Source: an uncultured Clostridium sp. (GTDB taxonomy: Bacteria > Bacillota > Clostridia > TANB77 > CAG-508). From it: a stretch of 64,000 nt of DNA. This document shows positions 9,433 to 19,045 of the stretch, piece after piece (position 1 is the first letter of the stretch; every line of letters starts with the position of its first letter). The stretch covers positions 6,233 to 70,232 of the forward strand of contig USEX01000003.1 in assembly GCA_900553755.1 (NCBI GenBank), in the 5' to 3' direction. A model generated the notes under the pieces. The model was given only the letters and a program-made list of their open reading frames with translations, had not been told where the DNA came from and did not search any database. A program made the translations under genes and the position numbers.

Positions 9433-10500
9433 TAAAATAATTCCTCCACCGATCACTATATCCTCATCATAAAAAACTGCTGATTGACCTGATGTAATTC
9501 GTGGTTGAGGTTCATCGAATATAACTTTTATTTCATTATCTGAAGCCATCTCTATAGTAGCAGGAGCCTCTTTATGTGAATATCTTGTTTTCACCAAAAC
9601 ATGCATCTTACCTTCTAATTTGTCTATTGCCAACAAATTTATATCTTTAACATACATTTCTTTTCTATATAATTCTTTCTCTTCTCCCACTATCAACTCA
9701 TTTTTATTTATATTAAATCCAATTACAAACAATGGTACTGGATTTGAGATTCCCAATCCTTTACGCTGACCTATTGTATATTTATAAAGCCCTGTATGTT
9801 TACCTAATATTTTGCCCTCTTTATTTACTATATTTCCTTCTTTTTCTTTTATATCTGAATTTTCTTGTAAAAATTTCTTATAATCACCATCTGGAACAAA
9901 GCATATATCTTCACTATCTGGTTTATTTGCTACCAACAAGTTGTTCTCTCTGGCAATTTGCCTTATATCCTCTTTCGATTCATAATTGCCTAATGGAAAT
10001 ATTACCTTGTCCAATAGCTCTTTAGGAATAGTATATAAAACATAACTCTGGTCTTTCTGTAAATTTTTTGCTTTTTTTAATACATTTCTTTTATATTTTT
10101 CACTATATTCTATTTTTGCATAATGACCTGTTGCAATATATTCAATTTCTAATTCTTTAGCTTTATTATACATTTCACCAAATTTTAGATATTTATTGCA
10201 TTGTATACATGGATTTGGAGTTCTGCAATTTTTATATTCACAAATAAAATTATTTATTACTTTATCTTTAAACTCATCTTTGAAATTTAAAGTATAGTGT
10301 GGAATTCCAATTTTATCGCAAACTCTTTTTGCATCTGAGGCTGCATCTAAGCTGCAGCAAGCGGTTTGAACTGAGTCTGCACCTTCCCATAATTTCATAG
10401 TAATTCCCACTACATCATATCCCATATTTTCTAGTAATAGTGCTGATACAGAGCTATCTACTCCTCCACTCATTCCTAATAAAACCTTCTTATTTTTCAT
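9430..10500 (-). CDS. mnmA: tRNA 2-thiouridine(34) synthase MnmA
   Basis: PP-loop GMSGGVDSS and catalytic Cys context (CIQCNKYLKF). MnmA-like over its full length. Confidence 0.95.
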   Translation of the reverse strand: MKNKKVLLGMSGGVDSSVSALLLENMGYDVVGITMKLWEGADSVQTACCSLDAASDAKRVCDKIGIPHYTLNFKDEFKDKVINNFICEYKNCRTPNPCIQCNKYLKFGEMYNKAKELEIEYIATGHYAKIEYSEKYKRNVLKKAKNLQKDQSYVLYTIPKELLDKVIFPLGNYESKEDIRQIARENNLLVANKPDSEDICFVPDGDYKKFLQENSDIKEKEGNIVNKEGKILGKHTGLYKYTIGQRKGLGISNPVPLFVIGFNINKNELIVGEEKELYRKEMYVKDINLLAIDKLEGKMHVLVKTRYSHKEAPATIEMASDNEIKVIFDEPQPRITSGQSAVFYDEDIVIGGGIIL

Positions 10501-11281
10501 TAGAAAAATCCTCTTTCTTTAAATATTTTATTACTTCAATGTTACTATTTTTACTTCTGTTTACCATGCAATTATATATTTCATTTCTTAACTTTTGTTG
10601 TTGTTCTTTTATCGTTAACTCCTTATCCGTAAAAAATGGGCCATCAACATAAGATACAATTTTTACTTTATTTTTTTTTCTTCCATAGCTTTGATATGTA
10701 TTAGTAATACAAAATGCTGGTACCTCCATCTTTACAGGGTATTTAAAAGATACCGATTTAAAAGGCCTTATTTTAGTATAATAAGGCCAGATGTGTGCTT
10801 CTGGATATATTGTAATAGATGAATGTGATTCTATTTTTTTATTTATCACATTTAAAAAATTTTCAGCTGCTACTTTATTCCCTGGTACTGGAATTGCACC
10901 TAGCATTTCTATTAACGTCTCCGCACCTTTTATAGATACGTTTTCCGGGTTTACTATAAAAAAATTCCTTTTGGGATAATTTGCCAAGCTTGGTATAAAC
11001 GTATCTGCAAATGGTTGAGTATGGTTTGCATATATGAAATAGCCTGTATTTCTACACTTCTTAAATTTCTTTTTGCCAACAAATTTAATTCTAAATTTTA
11101 TTTTTACATGTAAATATTTTATTGGCATACTGATAAAATTTTGCAAAACATAAGATGCTAAATTCCATAAAATATTATGTTCATATTTATATTTTTCATC
11201 TATTACTCTAGGAATTATTTTTGCAGTCGAAAATTCATCATTCAACTCATCTTCATAGTATATTATCTTCTTTTCTTTCAT
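10490..11281 (-). CDS. Lysophospholipid acyltransferase (PlsC/LPLAT)-like protein
   Basis: 263 aa with an NHTQPFAD region and YPEAH in the positions of LPLAT blocks I and III. ATGA start/stop overlap with the upstream gene. Confidence 0.5.
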   Translation of the reverse strand: MKEKKIIYYEDELNDEFSTAKIIPRVIDEKYKYEHNILWNLASYVLQNFISMPIKYLHVKIKFRIKFVGKKKFKKCRNTGYFIYANHTQPFADTFIPSLANYPKRNFFIVNPENVSIKGAETLIEMLGAIPVPGNKVAAENFLNVINKKIESHSSITIYPEAHIWPYYTKIRPFKSVSFKYPVKMEVPAFCITNTYQSYGRKKNKVKIVSYVDGPFFTDKELTIKEQQQKLRNEIYNCMVNRSKNSNIEVIKYLKKEDFSNEK

Positions 11282-12141
11282 TTAATTTCCTGTTCACAAG
11301 TATATTTTAATGGGATTTTATAAAAATCTTCATAAACTTTTTTCCATACTTGGTAATTCTTTTCTTTCATTATTTCTGTATTTTCTTTTTCTGATAATTT
11401 CTCATCTGGATATACTGGTTCTTTAATATTTACTATATATTCTTGTACTGGGAATCCATCCTCACCAATTATGTCGCTATCTTGCATTGTTATAAATATT
11501 GGTATTACAGGTACATTGTTTCTTGTAGCCATTTTATATGCTCCATCTTTAAGTGGCTTTGGTTTCTTATAATTCCACCATAAACTTTGTTCTGGATAAA
11601 TTAATATAAAATCTCCTCTTTGCAAAATCGTATCCACTGCTTTTATAAAGTTTACCATTGTTCTTTTATTTGAGCTTAAAGGTAATGTATCGCAATTTCT
11701 AAACAAGAAACCATAAAATCCTGGGAAATTTGTATAATTTCCCTCTCTTATTACTTTGTATAATCTTTTATCTTTATTTTTTTCAGCCATTCTAAAAACT
11801 TTTTCTACTGTAAAAGAATCAAATGGATTAAAGTGATTGCATGTTAGCATTGCTCCTGTTTGAACTTTTTCTAAATTTTCTATTCCATTTACTTCTTTAA
11901 TTATTAGTTTATTATCTCTTAAAATCTCATCTAGAAATTTTTCTCCAACCTTGTTTGCAACTCTTCTTTTTATTCTGCTTGTACTTTTTTCCTTTAAATA
12001 ATCAACATTATCTGGCGTTAGAACTATTGTTGGCGGATCTTTTTCAGGATCAACATCAAAACGTCCTTCTTTTTCTAGTTTTGCTATTTCATCTAAAATT
12101 GCTAATCTATCTTGAGACTTTTCAACAATTTGCTCTTTCAT
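11278..12141 (-). CDS. 1-acyl-sn-glycerol-3-phosphate acyltransferase family protein
   Basis: HX4D motif (NHFNPFD) and a YPEQS block. Translationally coupled on both sides. Confidence 0.7.
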   Translation of the reverse strand: MKEQIVEKSQDRLAILDEIAKLEKEGRFDVDPEKDPPTIVLTPDNVDYLKEKSTSRIKRRVANKVGEKFLDEILRDNKLIIKEVNGIENLEKVQTGAMLTCNHFNPFDSFTVEKVFRMAEKNKDKRLYKVIREGNYTNFPGFYGFLFRNCDTLPLSSNKRTMVNFIKAVDTILQRGDFILIYPEQSLWWNYKKPKPLKDGAYKMATRNNVPVIPIFITMQDSDIIGEDGFPVQEYIVNIKEPVYPDEKLSEKENTEIMKEKNYQVWKKVYEDFYKIPLKYTCEQEIK

Positions 12142-13076
12142 TACATTCTCCTATATTTTCTATCATCACCAACACAATCACATTCTTTTTGTGCTAGTTC
12201 TCTCAATTTTTTATCACTTTCCATATCTTTAAATTTTTCTTCTTCTGTATAATTTTCTTTTATGCTTTGTATGATATCAAAGAATTCCGTTTGCTGAGCA
12301 TATTTCCAAAAATATTCTTTATATAATATATCTTCAAAGTGCCAAGGTTTAAAGGCTAGATTGTAGTGTATTAAATGTAAATCTTCTCTTTTTACCGTAT
12401 CTCCACCAATTGGCATTCTGTCCCATGTGTTTTCTATCAATTTTACTCTACCTTTGCACAATCTATTTAGATAATCTTGGTCTTGAGCCACAGAAAATTT
12501 TACTTTACTTAGTAAATACAAAAATTTATCTTGAAATTTGAATTTTCTTAGCTCATCTAGATTCATTAAAAGTATTCCAGCATTAAAATATCTTTTATGA
12601 TCAGTTACTCCAACGACTAATTCTGCATATTCTTGGAAAACTTTTATTGTTTGTATTACGTCATCTGGTGCTGCAGCAACCAAATTATCTTCCATATCTA
12701 TATTATATAAATCTGCTATATCTGATAAAACAACAATATCACTATCTAAATATAAAACCTTATCATATTGTGGATATAAATCCGGAATAAATAATCTAAA
12801 ATATGTAGTTGCTGAATAATAATCTCTTGTATACAACTTATCTTTTACTTTATTTATGTAATAATTTAAATCTACAAATTCTATATCTACATTTTCTTTT
12901 TGGTATTTATTTATTTTTGCTTGGTTTTCTTCACTTATATTCGTATATAATATTTTTATTGAATAATAATTTTTATCTGATGCATTATCTATTAAAGATT
13001 GCAACGCTACAGCTAAAAACGGTATGTAAACATCATCAACTGTAAAGAAAATTGGTATTACTTCTGCTTTTTTCAT
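12141..13076 (-). CDS. Glycosyltransferase family 8
   Basis: GT8 hallmarks: LYLDSDIVV (DxD), FNAGILLMNL, HYN..KPW. Confidence 0.8.
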   Translation of the reverse strand: MKKAEVIPIFFTVDDVYIPFLAVALQSLIDNASDKNYYSIKILYTNISEENQAKINKYQKENVDIEFVDLNYYINKVKDKLYTRDYYSATTYFRLFIPDLYPQYDKVLYLDSDIVVLSDIADLYNIDMEDNLVAAAPDDVIQTIKVFQEYAELVVGVTDHKRYFNAGILLMNLDELRKFKFQDKFLYLLSKVKFSVAQDQDYLNRLCKGRVKLIENTWDRMPIGGDTVKREDLHLIHYNLAFKPWHFEDILYKEYFWKYAQQTEFFDIIQSIKENYTEEEKFKDMESDKKLRELAQKECDCVGDDRKYRRM

Positions 13077-13941
13077 TCTTATCTCCTTTTATTATATTTT
13101 TTTGAAATTTTTGTTTATTTATTTTATTATATTCCTCTTTCCATCTGATATATTCATCTAAGTCTTCATCGAAAGAATAGCATTTCAATATTTTATGAAT
13201 TTCTTCAATTTGCCATTGCTTATAATTTTCAGTACGAGGATATGGAAATAGTAATAATCTCTTACAAAAATGGCATATTACTGTATCCTGTTTATTGAAC
13301 TTTGATTGCTCATTGTAAATTCTTGGTAATAATAGTTTTTTTGTTGTAGACCAGAATATTGCATCTTGATCAGCAAATATTAATTTTCTTCTTTTTAATA
13401 ATCTTCTTGCTTTTTCAAATAGCTTTGTTTCTCTTACTTTAGCCATATTTATCAAAAGCATTCCTGCATTTATATAATCATGTTTAATTATTTTTGAACC
13501 ATATTTTTCTTTAACTGCTGCATATTCATATTCAGATATATCTGTATTATATAGTTCTTCTATATCGCCATTTGCCATCATATCAATATCTAAATATAGT
13601 ATCTTGTCCGGCATATTAGGAACCAAATCTACCAACAGCCTCAACAAAGTATACGGAGTACAATAAGCATTTTCGTTTTTTCCGTTTCCAAATTCCTGCT
13701 CGTACAATTCCGTAACATCGACTTTTATAACTGCATTGTTTTTATTTTTGCTTTTAACGACTTTATTCAGAAAGTCTATTTGCTCATCTGTAATAGCAGT
13801 ATAGTCTGGATTTATCCTTGAAACATCCATTGTAAATATATAGCATCTTATATTTGCTTTGGTTTTATTTGTTATTGAAATAAGCTCTGTAAGAGCTCCA
13901 TCAAATACCTTACTATTACCACTTAAAAGTAAATTTATCAT
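13036..13941 (-). CDS. Glycosyltransferase family 8
   Basis: LYLDIDMMANGD (DxD) and INAGMLLINM. Its 3' end overlaps the next GT8 gene by 41 nt. Confidence 0.8.
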   Translation of the reverse strand: MINLLLSGNSKVFDGALTELISITNKTKANIRCYIFTMDVSRINPDYTAITDEQIDFLNKVVKSKNKNNAVIKVDVTELYEQEFGNGKNENAYCTPYTLLRLLVDLVPNMPDKILYLDIDMMANGDIEELYNTDISEYEYAAVKEKYGSKIIKHDYINAGMLLINMAKVRETKLFEKARRLLKRRKLIFADQDAIFWSTTKKLLLPRIYNEQSKFNKQDTVICHFCKRLLLFPYPRTENYKQWQIEEIHKILKCYSFDEDLDEYIRWKEEYNKINKQKFQKNIIKGDKNEKSRSNTNFLYS

Positions 13942-14031
13942 AACATCCCCTTATACATATAATCATAAATATTATATATTATAAAAGGATTTTTTTCAAC
14001 ATTTTTTGCTAATTTCATATTTACTCTATTT

Positions 14032-14730
14032 TTACTCTTTAAATTCTTTTGCTAATTTTCCTATAGCCTTTGTTTCTATCCTAGATACATAGCTTCTAGA
14101 TATTCCCATCATTTTTGCTATTTGTTTTTGGGTCTTAGGTTTCTTTCCATCTAACCCAAATCTTAACTCTATTATTAATTTTTCTCTATCGTGTAACACT
14201 TCTTTCATTTTCTGATAAAGTCTCTTAATTTTAAATTTCAAATCCACTTCTTCTTCAACATCTTTATCATTGTTTTCTAATACTTCTTTTAATGTAACAG
14301 TATTATCATCTTTATCTTTTCCTATTGTATCTTCCAAATAAACTTCACTATTTGCTTTCTTATTGCTTCTTAGATACATTAATATTTCATTATCTATGCA
14401 TCTTGAAACATATGTAGATAATCTAACTCCTTTTTCTGCATTAAAGCTATTTATACCTTTTATCAAACCTATTGTGCCTATAGAAATTAGGTCATCTTGT
14501 TCTATTTTGGTTGCCATATACTTTTTGCAAACATGGGCAACTAATCTCAAATTTCTCTCAATTAATATATTTCGTGCCTCTTCATCACCATTTTTTAATC
14601 TCTCTAAACATGTTTTTTCTTCATCCGCAGTTAATGGTTCTGGAAATAATGAATTATTTGATATATATCCTAATACAAAAACTGCAGATTGTATAAATGT
14701 AATAAAACCTATAAACGAGATTGCAAGCAT
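14032..14730 (-). CDS. sigK: Sporulation sigma factor SigK (pro-sigma-K, uninterrupted)
   Basis: Hydrophobic pro-sequence MLAISFIGFITFIQSAVFVLG is followed by YISNNSLFPEPL...ARNILIERNLRLVAHVCKKY, closely parallel to B. subtilis pro-sigma-K (YVKNNAFPQPL...LIEHNLRLVAHIVKKF). Region 4 is ISRSYVSRIE. Confidence 0.85.
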   Translation of the reverse strand: MLAISFIGFITFIQSAVFVLGYISNNSLFPEPLTADEEKTCLERLKNGDEEARNILIERNLRLVAHVCKKYMATKIEQDDLISIGTIGLIKGINSFNAEKGVRLSTYVSRCIDNEILMYLRSNKKANSEVYLEDTIGKDKDDNTVTLKEVLENNDKDVEEEVDLKFKIKRLYQKMKEVLHDREKLIIELRFGLDGKKPKTQKQIAKMMGISRSYVSRIETKAIGKLAKEFKE

Positions 14731-14797
14731 TTAAGCACCTCCAACAAATTACTATACCACAATATATGTTCTTTAATTTGTTAAAGTGCATGGCCTT

Positions 14798-15874
14798 CTA
14801 TATTTTTATTTTATGAAGATTGTCTATCTCTGAATTAATTTTGTCAATATTTATTCCTTTTGCCTTTTCATCATTTATTTCATACTTTTTCTTAAAATTA
14901 ATTATTTTATCTACACTTTCATTTATCCTCCTTATATCAATTTTATTCTTTTTTACTTTTTCAGCCACATACTTAATAATTTTATCTAATCTATCTTCTG
15001 TATTGCCTATTACAACCACATCATTTCCAGCTAATATTGCCTTATATACTGCCACTTCTGGTCTATAGTGCAATTTAATTGCTCCCATTTTTAAATCGTC
15101 TGTAATTATTAGTCCTTTAAATTTATATTTTTGTTTTAAATATGTATTGATTATTTTTTTAGATAATGATGCTGGATTAAATCTATCCATAGATTTTACA
15201 ACTAAATGCCCAACCATTATCGCATCACATCCATTTTTTATTGCTTCTTCAAATGGCTTCATATCTTCATTTTCTAGCACTTCCTCATCTACGCTTATTT
15301 TTGGTAAAAAGAAATGAGAATCTTTTTCTGTTTGACCATGACCAGGAAAGTGTTTTACTGCCGCTATTACTTTTTGACTTTGCATTGCTTTCATTACTTC
15401 TATGCCATATTTAGCAACATCTTCCTTATTTTCTCCATAGCATCTATCGCCTATTGCATGGTTATCTTTGAATCTCTTTATATCTAACACCGGTGCATAA
15501 TTAAGGTTTATCCCACTTTCTCGTAATATTTTTCCTATTATTTTTCCACTTTGTTTTAATTTTTCCATATCATTCATCTGTGCAATTTTAAGTGCACTTT
15601 CCATTTTATGAATTTCGTTCGGAAGTCTGTTTACCCTTCCGCCTTCTTGGTCTATGCTAATAAATAGAGGAATTTCGTTTGTACTATTCTTTTCTTTAAA
15701 TGTATTTATTAAATTTATCATACTTAGATAATCCGAATAATTTTTCTTATATACTAGAATTCCGCCAATTTTTCTACTTGCAATAAACTCTGCTGTTTTT
15801 TCTGTTACTTCACTTTTATCTAAGTCCATTATTATCATTTGGGCAATTTTTTCTTCTATTGTTAAACTATGCAT
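14798..15874 (-). CDS. nagZ: Beta-N-acetylhexosaminidase, glycoside hydrolase family 3 (NagZ-like)
   Basis: GH3 motif KHFPGHG plus IITDDLKMGA. TAG stop. Confidence 0.8.
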   Translation of the reverse strand: MHSLTIEEKIAQMIIMDLDKSEVTEKTAEFIASRKIGGILVYKKNYSDYLSMINLINTFKEKNSTNEIPLFISIDQEGGRVNRLPNEIHKMESALKIAQMNDMEKLKQSGKIIGKILRESGINLNYAPVLDIKRFKDNHAIGDRCYGENKEDVAKYGIEVMKAMQSQKVIAAVKHFPGHGQTEKDSHFFLPKISVDEEVLENEDMKPFEEAIKNGCDAIMVGHLVVKSMDRFNPASLSKKIINTYLKQKYKFKGLIITDDLKMGAIKLHYRPEVAVYKAILAGNDVVVIGNTEDRLDKIIKYVAEKVKKNKIDIRRINESVDKIINFKKKYEINDEKAKGINIDKINSEIDNLHKIKI

Positions 15875-15952
15875 GCTTTTTCCCTCCTTAATTTCTCTAA
15901 TTTTATCATATTATTTTATATCTAACAATATTGTATATTGAGGCAAATTCAT

Positions 15953-16753
15953 ATGAATTTTTTTATTAATTTCTGTATTGGTATTTTAATAGGTTTTGGT
16001 GCAATAACTCCTGGTATTAGCAGTGGTGTTTTTTGTGTTATATTTGGAATCTATGAAAAACTAGTAAATAGTACTATAAAATTTTTTAAAGATATTAAAT
16101 CTAATTTTCTTTTCCTATTTCCTATATTTCTAGGTGCTTTGGCAGGTATAGTTTTATTTGGAAATGTTATAAAGTTTTTCTTTACCTTTTATAATTTTCA
16201 AGCACGTTTTGCTTTCATTGGTCTCATTCTTGGCACTACTCCAGCCTTATTTAAGAAAGTATTTAAAAACAAATGCATCCATATAAAAAATATAATTCCC
16301 ATGCTTTTATCTTTTGCTATAGGAATTATACTTATAATTGTTGAAAAAAGATTAGAAATTAATTCTAATTTCATAAGTTTTAATCTGCCATATCTGGTTT
16401 TCTCTGGCTTTATAATGTCTATTGGAATTATAGTTCCTGGTATAAGTAATACAGTTCTACTTATGTGCCTAGGCGTTTACTCTACATATATTTCTGCAAT
16501 AGCCACATTAAATATTGCTATTCTTATACCTATTGGCATTGGTATAATTCTAGGCTCTATTATATGGCTAAAAGGCATTAATTATCTATTAGAGAGACAC
16601 CATAATTCCACATTCTGTGCTATTATAGGATTTTCTTTAGGTTCTATTTTTGTACTATTACCTGAATTTTCTTTTTCTCTTACTGGGGTAGTTTCTCTGA
16701 TAATTTGCTTTATTTGTGCAATTCTATCTTACAAATTATCTTGTAAAGAGTAA
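15953..16753 (+). CDS. DUF368-family polytopic membrane protein (family recently linked to undecaprenyl-phosphate recycling)
   Basis: Duplicated PGISSGV / PGISNTV motifs in a protein with about 8 TM helices. I preferred the ATG at 15953 over the TTG at 15938. Confidence 0.7.
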   Translation: MNFFINFCIGILIGFGAITPGISSGVFCVIFGIYEKLVNSTIKFFKDIKSNFLFLFPIFLGALAGIVLFGNVIKFFFTFYNFQARFAFIGLILGTTPALFKKVFKNKCIHIKNIIPMLLSFAIGIILIIVEKRLEINSNFISFNLPYLVFSGFIMSIGIIVPGISNTVLLMCLGVYSTYISAIATLNIAILIPIGIGIILGSIIWLKGINYLLERHHNSTFCAIIGFSLGSIFVLLPEFSFSLTGVVSLIICFICAILSYKLSCKE

Positions 16754-16755
16754 CT

Positions 16756-17997
16756 TTAGTTAGACTTTTTTCTACGTAAAATCCAACCTTTCTTTAAATC
16801 AAACGGTACTTCCATTTTTACTGTTTGTCCAGCTTTTCCAGGATTTACTGTTTGTATTTCTTCATTTGTATCTGTATCATACAATTTTTCTATCTTGAAT
16901 TTTGGTGCTTCTATTTCATTTGGAATAAGCGCTTCTAATTCATCTCCAACAGTTAGCTTATTTTTTATTTCTATTACCGCTACTTCACCCTTTTTATAAT
17001 CTTCTAATACTTTTCCTCCAAATTCATAATTTGGATTATATTGTTTTCCTTCATATTCTTGAAAATCTTTATTATTTCTATCATTAAAATAGAAAGTTGT
17101 AAGCCCTCTAGTTTTTACTTTTTCTAGTTCTTTTAAATACTTTGTGTAATCATACCCATTTGGATTTGCAATATAATCATCTATTGCATTTCTGTATACG
17201 TTTACTACGCTTGCTAAATAGTATTCAGTTTTTAATCTGCCCTCTATCTTTAAGCTGTCTACTCCCATTTCAACTATTTGTGGAATTTCTTTTATTAAGC
17301 ACAAATCTTTTGAAGATAATATATATGTGCCATTTTCATCTGTTTCTACTGGCATTAAATTCCCTGGCTTATTTTTTTCTTCTAAGTACATATTATAAGC
17401 CCATCTGCAGCTTTGTGAGCAATCTCCTAAATTTGCTGACCTGCAAGATAGATATTCGCTTAAGAAACATCTTCCTGAATACGCCCAGCATAAAGCTCCG
17501 TGTATAAACATCTCCACTTCCAAGTTTTCTGGTTTGTTTTTCATTATTTCTTTTATTTGGTCTTTACTTGTTTCTCTTCCAAGTATTACTCTACTTGCTC
17601 CATTATCGTGCCAAAACTTTGCAGCATGATAACTTACAACATTTGCTTGTGTACTTACATGTATTTCTATATTTGGAGCAATTTCTTTTATTTTTTGTAT
17701 TACTCCTCCATCAGAAGCAATAATTGCATCAACATGTACTTCATCAAGCATTTTTACTTGTTTTTCTATTTCTTCATAATTGCTGTCCCAAGCATATATA
17801 TTTATGGCCGCATAAACTTTTTTGCCTATGGAATGCGCATATTTTATTGTCTTTTCTAAATCATTATCATCTACTTCTGCTCTGCTTCTTAATGATAGCG
17901 ATGCTGTTCCGCAATAAACTGCATCTGCTCCATACATAAACGCTATTTTTGCTTTTTCAAAAGAGCCTGCTGGGGCTAATAATTCTGGTTTTTTCAT
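16756..17997 (-). CDS. U32-family peptidase-like protein (TrhP/YrrO-type, tRNA U34 hydroxylation family)
   Basis: U32 signature EMFIHGALCWAYSGRCFLS. 413 aa. Adjacent to a YrrM-like O-methyltransferase, as in the B. subtilis yrrMNO locus. Confidence 0.85.
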   Translation of the reverse strand: MKKPELLAPAGSFEKAKIAFMYGADAVYCGTASLSLRSRAEVDDNDLEKTIKYAHSIGKKVYAAINIYAWDSNYEEIEKQVKMLDEVHVDAIIASDGGVIQKIKEIAPNIEIHVSTQANVVSYHAAKFWHDNGASRVILGRETSKDQIKEIMKNKPENLEVEMFIHGALCWAYSGRCFLSEYLSCRSANLGDCSQSCRWAYNMYLEEKNKPGNLMPVETDENGTYILSSKDLCLIKEIPQIVEMGVDSLKIEGRLKTEYYLASVVNVYRNAIDDYIANPNGYDYTKYLKELEKVKTRGLTTFYFNDRNNKDFQEYEGKQYNPNYEFGGKVLEDYKKGEVAVIEIKNKLTVGDELEALIPNEIEAPKFKIEKLYDTDTNEEIQTVNPGKAGQTVKMEVPFDLKKGWILRRKKSN

Positions 17998-18041
17998 TTT
18001 TTTATTCCTCTTTTCATTATTTTTAATAACTAATTTTATGC

Positions 18042-18629
18042 TTATTTTTTCCTTGAAATTGCTAAGCCATCTCCTACTTCTAATATCTCTGTTTCTAGTT
18101 CTGGATTCTCTGTCGTTTCTTTTATGTACTGCCTTAAATGTGTTACTGCCGTACGTTGTTTGTGTTTATTGTAATCACTCATTACATAACCTTTATACAA
18201 AATATTATCTGCAAAAATTATTCCATCATCTTTTAACATTCTTAACGCCTGTTCTAAGAAAAATGGATATTTACCTTTAGCCGCATCAATAAATACAACA
18301 TCATACTTATCGTTCATAGTCGGAAGAATCTCTACCGCATCTCCCTCATAAATATTTATTTTTTCTTCTACTCCTACCTTTTTAATATTTTCTTTAGCTT
18401 CTGTAATTCTTTCTTCATCTCTTTCAATTGTATCTATCTTTCCATTATCATTTAAATATTCAGAAAAGCACATTGCTGAATATCCTACTGCTGTACCTAT
18501 TTCAAGTATCTTTTCTGGTTTTCTTTCATTCAAGATTTTTGCGATTACCTCTAATGTATCATCCATTATAATTGGAATGTGTCTCTCAAGTGCATTTGCT
18601 TTTATTTTTAATAATTCTTCCTTGTTCAT
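18042..18629 (-). CDS. Class I SAM-dependent O-methyltransferase (YrrM/TrmR-like)
   Basis: SAM-binding motif ILEIGTAVGYS with a caffeoyl-CoA-OMT-like layout (DVVFIDAAK). Confidence 0.8.
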   Translation of the reverse strand: MNKEELLKIKANALERHIPIIMDDTLEVIAKILNERKPEKILEIGTAVGYSAMCFSEYLNDNGKIDTIERDEERITEAKENIKKVGVEEKINIYEGDAVEILPTMNDKYDVVFIDAAKGKYPFFLEQALRMLKDDGIIFADNILYKGYVMSDYNKHKQRTAVTHLRQYIKETTENPELETEILEVGDGLAISRKK

Positions 18630-18825
18630 TTTGTTTTCCTTCTTAATATAATTATTTTTATAAAACTGTATTTAATTATAGCACCAATTAGTTAAATTTA
18701 GCAAGTTCTATAGTGTTTTCACTTTTTATGCAAACTCACATACTTTGACAAACTTTGCAATTGCTTTATTATATAATACTAATGTGAAAGTACTAAAATC
18801 TATTATTGATTTATTTCAGTAATAG

Positions 18826-18861
18826 AAAAACAGGCATTAATACGAAATGCCTGTTTTTTTG
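18826..18861. terminator. Bidirectional rho-independent terminator
   Basis: ACAGGCATT-AATACGA-AATGCCTGT forms a 9-bp stem flanked by A5 on one side and T7 on the other. Confidence 0.75.
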
Positions 18862-18925
18862 CAATTTTCATTGCGGTGGTTGTTTTCCCCTGATTTAGTG
18901 TAACTTTATGTCTCGCGAATGTTAC
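18826..18925 (-). ncRNA. Candidate small RNA (promoter-to-terminator unit of about 100 nt), class unknown
   Basis: The minus-strand transcript is predicted from the promoter at 18932..18959. It has hairpin 1 (GUAAC-16nt-GUUAC), a single-stranded C/A-rich linker (CAGGGGAAAACAACCACC), hairpin 2 (GCAAU-GAAA-AUUGC), and a 9-bp terminator hairpin followed by a U-run. It contains no credible ORF. Confidence 0.35.
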
Positions 18926-18931
18926 AATAAT

Positions 18932-18959
18932 ATTATACTGCATTTTAATTTTCTTGCAA
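18932..18959 (-). promoter_or_regulatory. Sigma-A type promoter driving the candidate small RNA
   Basis: Minus strand reads TTGCAA, 16-nt spacer, TATAAT. Confidence 0.45.
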
Positions 18960-19045
18960 TAATATTTTACTATTTTCAAAAAAATCCTTCGACATCTTTC
19001 TCCTATTCTCTATACAACGCAAAACAAAATTCAATTTTGTTTATT

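Noticed and set aside
14761-14789. Sigma-E-like promoter upstream of sigK (GCACTTT, 14-nt spacer, CATATATT).
   Set aside because: Only a partial match to the Bacillus sigma-E consensus. Clostridial sporulation promoters are too degenerate to call from a single sequence.
18945-18995. 16-codon mini-ORF (MSKDFFENSKILLQEN) after typA, and a 22-codon ORF inside the candidate sRNA. The idea was a type I toxin-antitoxin pair around the bidirectional terminator.
   Set aside because: Neither peptide is hydrophobic or toxin-like and the RBS spacing is poor. The convergent-promoter layout alone is not enough.
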